Part shown: positions 9,189 through 17,000 of the stretch, one piece after another | How the letters are laid out: every line of letters begins with the position of its first letter | Numbering within the stretch: the stretch's first letter is position 1 | Source of the DNA: an uncultured Pseudomonadota bacterium | GTDB lineage: Bacteria; Myxococcota_A; UBA796; CAJQPC01 | Direction of reading: 5' to 3' | Length of the DNA stretch: 64,000 bases | Assembly (NCBI GenBank): GCA_913060515.1 | Contig: CAJXRZ010000022.1 | Location: forward strand, 10,442-74,441 | The notes under the pieces: model-generated | What the model was told of the DNA's origin: nothing | Databases searched by the model: none | Seen by the model: only the letters and a program-made list of their open reading frames with translations | Position numbers and translations under genes: made by a program

Positions 9189-9976
9189 CGGGTCTCGCCG
9201 CGTGCTTGGTGGGCGGCTTGTGCCAAGCGCAGCACGGCTTGGGCGTCGCTCTTCTGGCCGGCCTGTGGTGATGGCGCCAGCAGCCCTTCCACGGCCGTGA
9301 CCGCGTCCTCCAGCTCCTGAATCCGGGCCTGATTGGGCCGCTCACTGAGGTCTGCGTGCAGATCAGCGAGGGCCTCGAAAAGGTCCCTCTCGGCGATCTC
9401 GGGCAGGTCGACCCCACGCAGCTTCAAGGCGAGCGCTCGGACGCGAACTTGGAGGGGGGTGAGGTCTTTGGACTGTGCTGCCAATCGGAGGGCGCGCTTC
9501 TGAGCGCTGTGGGTCCTGTGGGCCTTGGTGACGAGGAGGCTGCCAAGGGCTGGGCCGGCCACACCCAAGGCCAAGCCTGCGAGCACTGCGATCGGGCCAA
9601 ACGCTCCGACGAGGAGCAGGCTTCCAACTGCCAGGGCCATACCGCCCATCCCGAGGCCGATCCCACCGGCCCACGCCAGGATGTTCAGGCCTCTGACCTC
9701 CTCTACGCTGAGCCTGGGATCTTGCGCGCCAAGCTCGGCCTGGCTGCTTCCGCGGAAGACTGGGACCGGCAGCCCCTGCGCCTGAAGCTGAGCGAGGGTG
9801 TCTCGATCCAGGCCGCTGGCCAGCGCCAAGTCCTGGGGAAGGGGACCGTGATGCCAGGCAACAAGTCGGGGCAGGACTGCCGCGCTGCCACCGCCTTGGT
9901 CGGGCGTTCGCAGGGGAGCTGCGGCCTCGTTTACACGGGCCTCGCCCAAGGGGAGCTTGCTTGGAGGTGTGGACAC
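9185..9976 (-). CDS. Membrane protein (2 Gly/Ala-rich TM helices, helical C-terminus), unknown function
   Basis: 263 aa with central hydrophobic pair GGIGLGMGGMALAVGSLLLVGAF / IAVLAGLALGVAGPALGSLLV. Co-directional and coupled with trmK. Confidence 0.5.
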   Translation of the reverse strand: MSTPPSKLPLGEARVNEAAAPLRTPDQGGGSAAVLPRLVAWHHGPLPQDLALASGLDRDTLAQLQAQGLPVPVFRGSSQAELGAQDPRLSVEEVRGLNILAWAGGIGLGMGGMALAVGSLLLVGAFGPIAVLAGLALGVAGPALGSLLVTKAHRTHSAQKRALRLAAQSKDLTPLQVRVRALALKLRGVDLPEIAERDLFEALADLHADLSERPNQARIQELEDAVTAVEGLLAPSPQAGQKSDAQAVLRLAQAAHQARGETR

Positions 9977-9995
9977 AACAGGGCCTTATCTCGGC

Positions 9996-10787
9996 TCAGA
10001 GATACTCGCTGAGCCAGCCGCCCACCTCTTCCGCGTACTCGTCGGGAGCGTCCAGGTGAGAGCCGCCGTGCGCCGCTCCGGGCACATAGTAGAGCTCCTT
10101 TGGCTCGTTGGCCGCATCAAAGACGCGCTTGCCGTGCTCCGGCATGATGTAGGTGTCTTCGGAGCCGTGGGTGATCAGGTAGGGGACTTCGAGCTCGGCG
10201 ACCGTGGCCAGGTTGTCGAATGGGTCCTCGAACATCCAACCGCTCGGGATGTTTAGGCCAGTGTTCAAGTCGTAGAAGCTCTCCGCATCCGCGAACATGT
10301 CGTGGGTGATGAGCGCGCCTGGTGGCAGATCCAATGAGACGTGGGTGGCCACGAAACCACCCAGCGAGAGACCGACGTAGCCCAGCTCCTCAGAGGCCAT
10401 TCCTTCCTGCTCCATCACGAGCTCGACTGCGGCCCGACCGTCGGCAATCACGCCGTCGTGGCTGGCTTGCCCCTCGCTCTTGCCGTAGCCCCGGTAGTCC
10501 ATCGTAAAGATGTCCATGTTCAGCGCGTAGAGCGCCTCTACCTGGTCCATGTTGGAGTCGATGTCTCCGCTGTTCCCATGGAAGTACAAGATGGTCTTGG
10601 CTTGGTTGGGGCGCTCGGAGCGGAACCAGGCGCCGAAGAGCTGGGTTCCGTCTTCGGACTCAAAGGCCACCTCTTCAATCTGGTCTAGGGGGATGGTCTC
10701 GGACGAGAGGCCGTACTGACTGGTCGTGGATGGGTTGAAGAAGAAGGAATCCAGGCTCATGCAGCCCAGGCTGATCAAGAGAATCAC
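9996..10787 (-). CDS. Alpha/beta-hydrolase (lipobox-like N-terminus)
   Basis: Start reassigned to GTG at 10787 (GGAGG 6 nt upstream; GTGA overlap with the upstream stop), giving MILLISLGC. Catalytic blocks are ILYFHGNSG, the GLSLGG nucleophile elbow, HGSEDT and GAAHGG. The 496-aa track ORF is this gene plus an out-of-frame Arg-rich extension. Confidence 0.75.
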   Translation of the reverse strand: MILLISLGCMSLDSFFFNPSTTSQYGLSSETIPLDQIEEVAFESEDGTQLFGAWFRSERPNQAKTILYFHGNSGDIDSNMDQVEALYALNMDIFTMDYRGYGKSEGQASHDGVIADGRAAVELVMEQEGMASEELGYVGLSLGGFVATHVSLDLPPGALITHDMFADAESFYDLNTGLNIPSGWMFEDPFDNLATVAELEVPYLITHGSEDTYIMPEHGKRVFDAANEPKELYYVPGAAHGGSHLDAPDEYAEEVGGWLSEYL

Positions 10788-11434
10788 TGGCCACCTCCAA
10801 AGGCTACGTCCAGGCCGATCTGCGGAACGAGCACCCCCTGCTGCCCGATGCCGTACCAACGAATGGTGAAGGGATCCGTGTTCGTAGACCCGCCCATCCA
10901 CTTCAGCTCTGTGCTGAGCCCGACACGTTCGCCCAAGCGCAGCTGATGGCCGATCAGCGGCCCTGCGATGGGCTGCCAGGGGAGGGGTTGGATGAAGAGA
11001 TCCGCGCCGGTGTAGACCAAGTTCCCACGCTGGCCGTACTGCCAGCTCGCCAGTGCCGCGACGTTTCCGTAGAGCCGGAATCCACCCTCGGGCTCGCCTT
11101 CCGAGAGATCGCCAAAGATGGCGGTCACGGTGCCATCGACGAGGATGGCGGGCCGGGCCCCGTCCTGGTCGAAGATGAGGTAGGAGGCCCCTGCGTCCAG
11201 GCCGCCCACTCCGAAGAGCAGCGCCATGGAGGGGTGGAAGGCCGCATGAATGTCGCTGCGATCGCTGATGCCGTGGCGTACCCCGACCGTAGAGATGGGC
11301 AGCGGCACCGGGGCGCCAAAGAGCTGGGCGGTGGGCCCGCCTACGCTGGCGTTGACAGCGGTCTTCCCTTTGCCGAGCGGGCGGACGCCGTGGTTGACCG
11401 AGCAGCCGATCAAGAGCATGAACAGTGTGAGCAT
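10784..11434 (-). CDS. Lipoprotein, beta-rich (outer-membrane type), unknown function
   Basis: Start moved to ATG 11434, giving MLTLFMLLIGC|S with a clear lipobox. The Gly/aromatic-rich alternating sequence ends VAFGGGQ. Confidence 0.55.
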   Translation of the reverse strand: MLTLFMLLIGCSVNHGVRPLGKGKTAVNASVGGPTAQLFGAPVPLPISTVGVRHGISDRSDIHAAFHPSMALLFGVGGLDAGASYLIFDQDGARPAILVDGTVTAIFGDLSEGEPEGGFRLYGNVAALASWQYGQRGNLVYTGADLFIQPLPWQPIAGPLIGHQLRLGERVGLSTELKWMGGSTNTDPFTIRWYGIGQQGVLVPQIGLDVAFGGGQ

Positions 11435-11452
11435 TGGCCAGAGGTACCACGA

Positions 11453-12034
11453 GTGGCACGCGAGATTCCATCGCTGATTGCTGCACCAGCGGCTTGGGTT
11501 CTCCGCTTTTGGCGGTGGACCTGGCGGGTGGAGCGAAGCGGCGATCCGATGTTCGGCGCTCCCGGCTTGGTGATGGCGTGTCTGCATCAGGACCTGGCTG
11601 CAGCTGGCTTGTTGAACAGCGATCTGCGCATTCGCCCCTTGGTGAGCCAGTCTTGGGATGGTGAGCGCCTCAACTCTCTGCTTGTGCAGATCGGCTACGG
11701 CGTGAGCGTCCGTGGCAGCTCAAGTCGTGGTGGTCCCAAGGCCAGGGAGGAGCTCCTGGCCTACTTGGCCTCGGGTGGGGCCACAGGAATCGCCGTTGAC
11801 GGCCCGCGGGGCCCGGCCAAAGTGCCCAAGCCTGGGGCAGCCAGCTTGGCGCGGCACGGTCCACTGATCTACGTGCGTGTTCGGTCCAAGCCTGTGCTGC
11901 GCTTGAAGAGCTGGGACCGGGCTCAGATTCCGCTACCATTTGCAAGGATACAGCTACGCTATGAGTTGATTCCAGGGCGGAGCGCCGAGGAGAGGCAGGC
12001 TGGTCTGGCCCGCGCAATCGACGCGCCGTGGTAG
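11453..12034 (+). CDS. DUF374-family protein (lysophospholipid-acyltransferase-like)
   Basis: Blocks WRWTWRVE, SQSWDGERLNSLL, VRGSSSRGGPKA and VDGPRGPAKVPKPGA match the DUF374 pattern as I recall it. The only in-frame start upstream of the WRWTWRV block is GTG 11453 (GAGG 7 nt upstream). The remaining 5' part of the 362-aa track ORF is a shadow. Confidence 0.6.
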   Translation: MAREIPSLIAAPAAWVLRFWRWTWRVERSGDPMFGAPGLVMACLHQDLAAAGLLNSDLRIRPLVSQSWDGERLNSLLVQIGYGVSVRGSSSRGGPKAREELLAYLASGGATGIAVDGPRGPAKVPKPGAASLARHGPLIYVRVRSKPVLRLKSWDRAQIPLPFARIQLRYELIPGRSAEERQAGLARAIDAPW

Positions 12035-12043
12035 TTTGCCTGC

Positions 12044-12844
12044 ATGTCTTCAAGCATGTCAGCGAGCCCCTGGTGGACCTCTCGTTTCGGCGCCCTCGCG
12101 GCGGTTGACCCTGCCTTTGCGGGCTTAGTAGATGCGTATGCAGAGGCGCAGGTCGATCTGATCGAGCGACTCGCTGAGCTGCCTCCTGGGGGCCGCGTGC
12201 TCGATCTGGGCTGCGGCGGCGGCCGACATGGAATCTTGCTTCAAGAGCGAGGCCACTCCGTCGTAGGCGTTGACCTAAGCCAAGAGGTGATCGCTCTGGC
12301 CCAGGAGAACTGGGACATCCGAAACCCGGGCGTGGACGGTCCACACTTTGTGGTGGGGGACATGCGCGCTCCACCCGTAGAGGGCAGCTTCTCTGCGGTG
12401 CTGTTGATGGACGCGTCCTTGGGGGTCTTTGACGACGACGCGGAGCACCTTCGGGTCCTCACCGCTGCCGCCGATCGATTGGAGCCCGGTGGTGCGCTGG
12501 TTCTGGAGCTTCTGAATCCCTATTTCTGGGCACATCGAAACCTGACCCAACACTTCCCGCCGGGAAGCGTGGCTCCAAACGCGGACATCCTGCGCAGCTA
12601 TCGCTTTGATCCGCTCGCAGGACGCGTTCAGGATCGCATCACCGTGTTCGAGGATGGAAAGCGCCGGGTGCTGCCAACGCAGAGCTTGCGGTGTTGGACG
12701 CCCCCTGAGATTGCCGGACTCTCGAGCGCCGCGGGATTCTCCCAGGTGCAGATTATCGGCAGCGATGGATGGCAAGTGCCCAGCGGTCCAGGCCGCCTGG
12801 ATCCCGAGAACTCCGCGATGATCTGGGTCTTGGCCCGGCTGTGA
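12044..12844 (+). CDS. Class I SAM-dependent methyltransferase
   Basis: 266 aa with motif I VLDLGCGGGRHGILL and post-I VVGVDLS. Confidence 0.75.
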   Translation: MSSSMSASPWWTSRFGALAAVDPAFAGLVDAYAEAQVDLIERLAELPPGGRVLDLGCGGGRHGILLQERGHSVVGVDLSQEVIALAQENWDIRNPGVDGPHFVVGDMRAPPVEGSFSAVLLMDASLGVFDDDAEHLRVLTAAADRLEPGGALVLELLNPYFWAHRNLTQHFPPGSVAPNADILRSYRFDPLAGRVQDRITVFEDGKRRVLPTQSLRCWTPPEIAGLSSAAGFSQVQIIGSDGWQVPSGPGRLDPENSAMIWVLARL

Positions 12845-13233
12845 GCTTGCAGGAGATCCTCAAGGGTGAGCGCGACGAAGCCGTTGCGGAGGCGGCCTTT
12901 GAGCGCAACCGGGCAGAGCAAGCGCTGCTCCGAAACCAGGCCATGCGGGACGAAGTGCGCGGACTGCGTCGTCAGTTGCGAGAGATCTTGGGTGAGAACC
13001 ATGCCCTGGAGAGCAGCAGAGACAGCAGCTCAGCCCAGCTCGCAGAGCAGCTTCGCTTGGCCGTAGACACCAACTGGCGGCTGGAGCGCGACCGAGCACA
13101 CTTGGCCCGAAAGGCCCAGCAGTTGGAGGCCCGCGTTCAGGACCAAGCTGGAGAGCTGGCCCGGCTTCGTGCGCGCGTCAGGGCGCTGCAAGGTCAGCTG
13201 CGTCTGGTCTCCGCCCAAGACACGGATCCCTAA
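12841..13233 (+). CDS. Coiled-coil protein, unknown function
   Basis: Start taken as GTG 12841, overlapping the methyltransferase stop (GTGA). The heptad-like E/R/L/A/Q-rich sequence includes LRRQLREILGENHALE and ARLRARVRALQGQLRL. Confidence 0.45.
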   Translation: MSLQEILKGERDEAVAEAAFERNRAEQALLRNQAMRDEVRGLRRQLREILGENHALESSRDSSSAQLAEQLRLAVDTNWRLERDRAHLARKAQQLEARVQDQAGELARLRARVRALQGQLRLVSAQDTDP

Positions 13234-13266
13234 GAATTCCGTGTTGGGGGCTGGATTCCTGGGCGC

Positions 13267-13446
13267 TTAGCTCTTGCGCTTCGGCTTTGGACGCTCAAGC
13301 TTGGCCTTGACCACCTCGACGCTGTCATCGGGGGGCAGGTTGCGTTCAAAGGGCTTGATCTCTTCAGGTGCGGCTGCGCTGCTCTCACCGGAGAAGCGGT
13401 CCACGACACTGTTGAGCTTTCCCTTGATGCGGTCGCGCAGTCCCAT
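13267..13446 (-). CDS. Small basic protein (59 aa), unknown function
   Basis: ATG 13446 with AAGGA ~8 nt upstream gives MGLRDRIKGKLNSVVDRFSGE...KPKRKS. The upstream part of the 86-aa track ORF has no support. Confidence 0.35.
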   Translation of the reverse strand: MGLRDRIKGKLNSVVDRFSGESSAAAPEEIKPFERNLPPDDSVEVVKAKLERPKPKRKS

Positions 13447-13530
13447 CGGACATCCTTTACTTGTCCCAACGGTAGCGCCCGTCTCCACCAGGGGCAAGCC
13501 CCGGCTCTCACCCCGCTCTCCGTGCACCCG

Positions 13531-13545
13531 TGGTAGAACGGCTGC
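13531..13545 (+). promoter_or_regulatory. Candidate sigma-54 (-24/-12) promoter element
   Basis: TGGTAGAACGGCTGC against consensus TGGCACG-N4-TTGC. GG and GC are correctly spaced (12 nt). It sits 30 nt upstream of ATG 13575, leaving room for the GGAGG SD at 13565..13569. Confidence 0.3.
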
Positions 13546-13574
13546 CCGCTGCCTGCGGTTTGTTGGAGGAATGC

Positions 13575-14117
13575 ATGGGCAACTCGCTCACCCTTGAGAG
13601 CATCATTAGCTTCTTGTTGGACACCCCGATGTTCTGCGATCTGAAGCCGGACGAGTTGGCCGAGATCGTGCACGTCATGCAGCTTCAGCGCATGCGTGAT
13701 GGTCAACGCATCTTCCGAGAAGGCGAGGACGGCGATGCCTGGTACGTGGTCCACGAGGGCCAAGTCATGGTCACCAAGGATCGCTTGATGGGTCCCAGCG
13801 AAGAGCTGGCCCGCCTTGGCTCCAAGGTTTGTTTCGGTGAGATGGCCCTGATCGACGGCTCGCCGCGCAGCGCGTCGGTCACCGCGGTGGGAGAGGGCAC
13901 TCTGTTTCGCTTCCCCAAGGCGGACTTTGATGAGCTCTTGAACGAGGGCAACATCGCTGCCTTCAAGCTCATTCACGAAATGGCCAAGGTGCTCTGTGAG
14001 CGTCAGCGCGGCATGACCCAGCGCATCACCAGCTTGGTGACCGACGATGCCCAGACCGCTGAGAGCATGCGGGACGAGCTGCGTCCGGTGGTCGAAGAGC
14101 ACACCGTCCACGAGTAG
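13575..14117 (+). CDS. Cyclic-nucleotide-binding domain protein (no recognisable output domain)
   Basis: Start at ATG 13575 (GGAGG SD). Intact phosphate-binding cassette FGEMALIDGSPRSASVTA. About 50 aa of C-terminal helix with no obvious HTH. Confidence 0.75.
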   Translation: MGNSLTLESIISFLLDTPMFCDLKPDELAEIVHVMQLQRMRDGQRIFREGEDGDAWYVVHEGQVMVTKDRLMGPSEELARLGSKVCFGEMALIDGSPRSASVTAVGEGTLFRFPKADFDELLNEGNIAAFKLIHEMAKVLCERQRGMTQRITSLVTDDAQTAESMRDELRPVVEEHTVHE

Positions 14118-14123
14118 CGTTGG

Positions 14124-14147
14124 AATGCCCCTGTTCTCTGGGGCATT
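14124..14147 (+). other. Intercistronic stem-loop (8-bp stem AATGCCCC/GGGGCATT, 8-nt loop)
   Basis: Folded by hand. It lies between the cNMP-binding gene stop (14117) and the next start (14148). No T-run follows, so it is not a canonical terminator. Confidence 0.3.
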
Positions 14148-14780
14148 GTGAGGACGATGACCTCTCTACTGCTCAGCATTCTCTTTGCCGTCGAACAGGC
14201 GCCTGCAGTGTCTGCACAGGTGCCGACCCTCGTGGCCAGCGTCGAGACCCGTGACATCCACCAGCTCTTCAAGGAGTACGCCTCCGACCAGGGCTGGAGC
14301 GGTGCCGAGTCCAAGCTGGCCTGCAAGGTGCTCGCTGGGCCACTGACCCTCTGCCTGAAGGCGGAGGAGCAAGGAAAGCGCCGCTACGTCACACAGGCCG
14401 ATCTGCAGCTCTGGCGGCTGGATCAGGACCAAGCCCAGGCCAAGGCGGGAGAGATCCTGTCTGTCTCGCCCTGGGTTCCGGTTGAGATTGAAGGGGGCGG
14501 CCGCTACTTCCAGGCCAAGACGTCTCCCGGTCACGAGGCCACTGTCTTCTTGCACCCTGAGTGGCTGCTGGAGTTGGGGCCCACACCTCGAATCGCGGCC
14601 CCGTCCAAGGGGGTTGTGGTGGCGTGGCCCGGTGGAGACAAAGAGCTCGACCAGATCATGGCCGTCGGTGTGCGCAAGATGTCCGATGAGCTGCCCGAGA
14701 GCCTCTCGCCCATGGCCCTGACCTGGAACGGCCAAGCGTGGGTCGCTTGGGGGCAGGCCAAGGCCAAGGCCACAAAGTAG
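14148..14780 (+). CDS. Secreted protein, unknown function
   Basis: 210 aa with signal peptide MTSLLLSILFAVEQAPAVSA|Q. Start is GTG 14148 or ATG 14157. Confidence 0.5.
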   Translation: MRTMTSLLLSILFAVEQAPAVSAQVPTLVASVETRDIHQLFKEYASDQGWSGAESKLACKVLAGPLTLCLKAEEQGKRRYVTQADLQLWRLDQDQAQAKAGEILSVSPWVPVEIEGGGRYFQAKTSPGHEATVFLHPEWLLELGPTPRIAAPSKGVVVAWPGGDKELDQIMAVGVRKMSDELPESLSPMALTWNGQAWVAWGQAKAKATK

Positions 14781-14828
14781 AGACAGCGCGGGATACACTG
14801 GGCGCCTTGTAGTGGAGGCCCTTTGAGC

Positions 14829-15449
14829 ATGTTTCAGGCCCTGGTTCGTGGTGCGCTCTCTCGCGTTGCCAAGCGCGTTGCCAAGGACGGCCTCTTTGAG
14901 AAGGAGGGGGAGCGCGCGCCTACAGCCCCGCTGTCCAATCGCGCTGAGCCGGAGCCCGGCCGTGGATTCTCCGAGAAGCTCCAGGAGCCCGGTCCGGATC
15001 CACGTGCGCTCTGTCAGCCTGCTGGACTGCGCGCCGTGCTCGAGCGCGTCTCGGAGCAGGATGGCGTCTTGGTGCTCCACCACTGGGCCACTTGGTGCGC
15101 CCCCTGTGAGGAAGAGCTGCCGCTGATCCAGGCCCTGGCCGAGTCGCTTCAGGACCACGGCGAGGTGCTTGGCCTGAGCTGGGATGCCTTCGAGGGGGGA
15201 GGAGACCCACAGGACATGAGCGTCGCTGTTGGCCGCTATGCCAAGGAGCACGGCGTGGACTTCCCAACTCTGCTGTTGACGGACGCGCCTGAGAAGGTCT
15301 TCAAGGCCCTAAGTTTGGACTTCCAGCGCATCCCTCAGACCCGTGTGCTGGCCCCCGATGGCCGCGTGCTGCTTCAGCACGACGGCGCGATGACCCAAGA
15401 CGACATCGACGGCCTTCTGGCTCTGGTGCATGACCTGGACGCTCAATGA
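14829..15449 (+). CDS. Thioredoxin-fold thiol:disulfide oxidoreductase (TlpA/redoxin-like)
   Basis: Active-site block LVLHHWATWCAPCEEELP (WCAPC). ATG 14829 is preferred over TTG 14823. No clear signal peptide. Confidence 0.7.
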   Translation: MFQALVRGALSRVAKRVAKDGLFEKEGERAPTAPLSNRAEPEPGRGFSEKLQEPGPDPRALCQPAGLRAVLERVSEQDGVLVLHHWATWCAPCEEELPLIQALAESLQDHGEVLGLSWDAFEGGGDPQDMSVAVGRYAKEHGVDFPTLLLTDAPEKVFKALSLDFQRIPQTRVLAPDGRVLLQHDGAMTQDDIDGLLALVHDLDAQ

Positions 15450-16978
15450 CCTCGACTGCGCTACTGCTCTTTGCTTGTGTTCGACCTGCAGCGGTCCCAG
15501 CCAGTGCGCCCAGTGCGGACAGCAGGGAGATCCTGGTCCTCCACACCAACGACCAGCACGGTCACTATCTGCCTGAGCGCGCACCCTGGCTGGATGGAGA
15601 GCCTGAGATCGGCGGCACGGTGCTGCTGGATCAGTACATCCGTGGCGCACGCCAGAGCCATGGTGCCGAGCGGACCCTGCTGCTCGACGGTGGGGACTTG
15701 CTCTCGGGGACACCGCTGACCGACATGGAGGTGCGTGGCTCCAAGGGCGGCGCCATGCTCGATGTGCTGGAGATCCTTGGCTACGACGCATGGGCCATCG
15801 GCAACCATGAGCTGGACAAGGGCTGGGAGAACACCAGCGCCTTTGTGTCCGACTCCAAAGTTCAGGTGCTCTCGGCCAACTTGGTCAAGGAGAGCGGCGG
15901 CATGGCCTTTCCCGGTCAGGCACCCTCCAAGATCTACACCCTCGGGGAGGTCACGGTCGGTGTGATCGGCGCCACGACCGAGGGTATGGACTACTTGGTC
16001 TCCTCGCGGGCCTTTGAGGGACTGGACATTGAGCCCGTCCTGGACACCGTAGGCCCCGAGGTCGCCAGACTGCGGCCACAGGTGGACTTGGTCGTCCTGC
16101 TGACCCACATCGGTGTGGAAGAGGACCAAGCCATCGCGGAGGCCGTTCCTGGCATCGACCTCATCGTCGGCGGCCACAGCCACACCTACCAAACCCCAGC
16201 GATTCAAGCAGGTTCGACCTGGATCGTTCAGGCGGGAAGCTACGCGCGCTCCCTGGGAAGCTTGCAGATTCGGGTGGGGGACAATGGGGGAATTGAGAGC
16301 CTGGAATACACTCTGGTTGACCTGGTGCCAGCCGCAGCTCCTTCTGAGCCACGTCCCGAAGTCGAGGCCATGGTGGCCCAGTACGACGCGGAGATCCGCT
16401 CCTTCTACGACGTAGAGATCGGAAGCTGCGCCGAGACCTTGACCCGGGACTACTACCGCCAGAGCCCCCTGGGAAGCTGGGCGACCGACATGATGCGTGC
16501 GGAGACTGGGGCGGAGCTGGCCATGTACAACGGCGGAGGGCTGCGATCCGACTTGCCTGCCGGCCCGATTCAACGTCGGGACCTGTACAACATCTTCCCC
16601 TTCGGGAATGAAGTGGTGACCTTCCAGATCAGCGGAACGGAGCTGATGGCCCTGCTCTTGGCCAACGTGATGGCGGCCGAGGAGGAGAGCCGTGGGGCCA
16701 TCCAAGTCTCGGGCACCAGCCTGGTTTGGCGCGAGGTGATGAGCGCGCCTGAGGTGGTCAAGATCGAGGTGAACGGCCAGCCTTTGGAGCCTGAGCGGCT
16801 GTACACCGTGGCCACCAACTCCTACGTCGTGGACCAAGCAGAGCGATACCTGGCAGGTGCCGTCCCCAAGAACGTTGAGCCCACTGGGCAGAGCGTCTTT
16901 GAGCTGGCCAACAACTACGTGAGTCGGGTGGGGGAGGTCACGCTTCCTGGCGATGCCCGGTTGACCCGCTTGCCCTGA
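15446..16978 (+). CDS. Bifunctional metallophosphatase/5'-nucleotidase (UshA/CpdB-like), lipoprotein
   Basis: 510 aa with lipobox LLLFAC. Metallophosphatase motifs are LHTNDQHGH, GGDLLSG and GNHELD, followed by a C-terminal nucleotidase substrate domain (NGGGLRSDL...FPFGNEV). ATGA overlap with the upstream gene. Confidence 0.85.
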   Translation: MTSTALLLFACVRPAAVPASAPSADSREILVLHTNDQHGHYLPERAPWLDGEPEIGGTVLLDQYIRGARQSHGAERTLLLDGGDLLSGTPLTDMEVRGSKGGAMLDVLEILGYDAWAIGNHELDKGWENTSAFVSDSKVQVLSANLVKESGGMAFPGQAPSKIYTLGEVTVGVIGATTEGMDYLVSSRAFEGLDIEPVLDTVGPEVARLRPQVDLVVLLTHIGVEEDQAIAEAVPGIDLIVGGHSHTYQTPAIQAGSTWIVQAGSYARSLGSLQIRVGDNGGIESLEYTLVDLVPAAAPSEPRPEVEAMVAQYDAEIRSFYDVEIGSCAETLTRDYYRQSPLGSWATDMMRAETGAELAMYNGGGLRSDLPAGPIQRRDLYNIFPFGNEVVTFQISGTELMALLLANVMAAEEESRGAIQVSGTSLVWREVMSAPEVVKIEVNGQPLEPERLYTVATNSYVVDQAERYLAGAVPKNVEPTGQSVFELANNYVSRVGEVTLPGDARLTRLP

Positions 16979-17000
16979 GCGGGTGGCTCCCCTTGGGAGC

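Noticed and set aside
9996-11486. A 496-aa single ORF that looks like a large fusion protein.
   Set aside because: Only the C-terminal 263 aa (from GTG 10787) form an alpha/beta-hydrolase. The upstream 230 aa are Arg/Pro-rich and lie out of frame over the real lipoprotein gene (10784..11434), which has a lipobox and its own stop overlapping the GTG.
13230-14111. A 293-aa minus-strand ORF covering the small-protein and cNMP-binding region.
   Set aside because: It is a shadow of the plus-strand cNMP-binding gene, which has an intact phosphate-binding cassette. The product is His/Ala/Arg/Gly-rich with no motifs. Only the short 13267..13446 minus-strand gene, in a different frame, has an SD and plausible composition.
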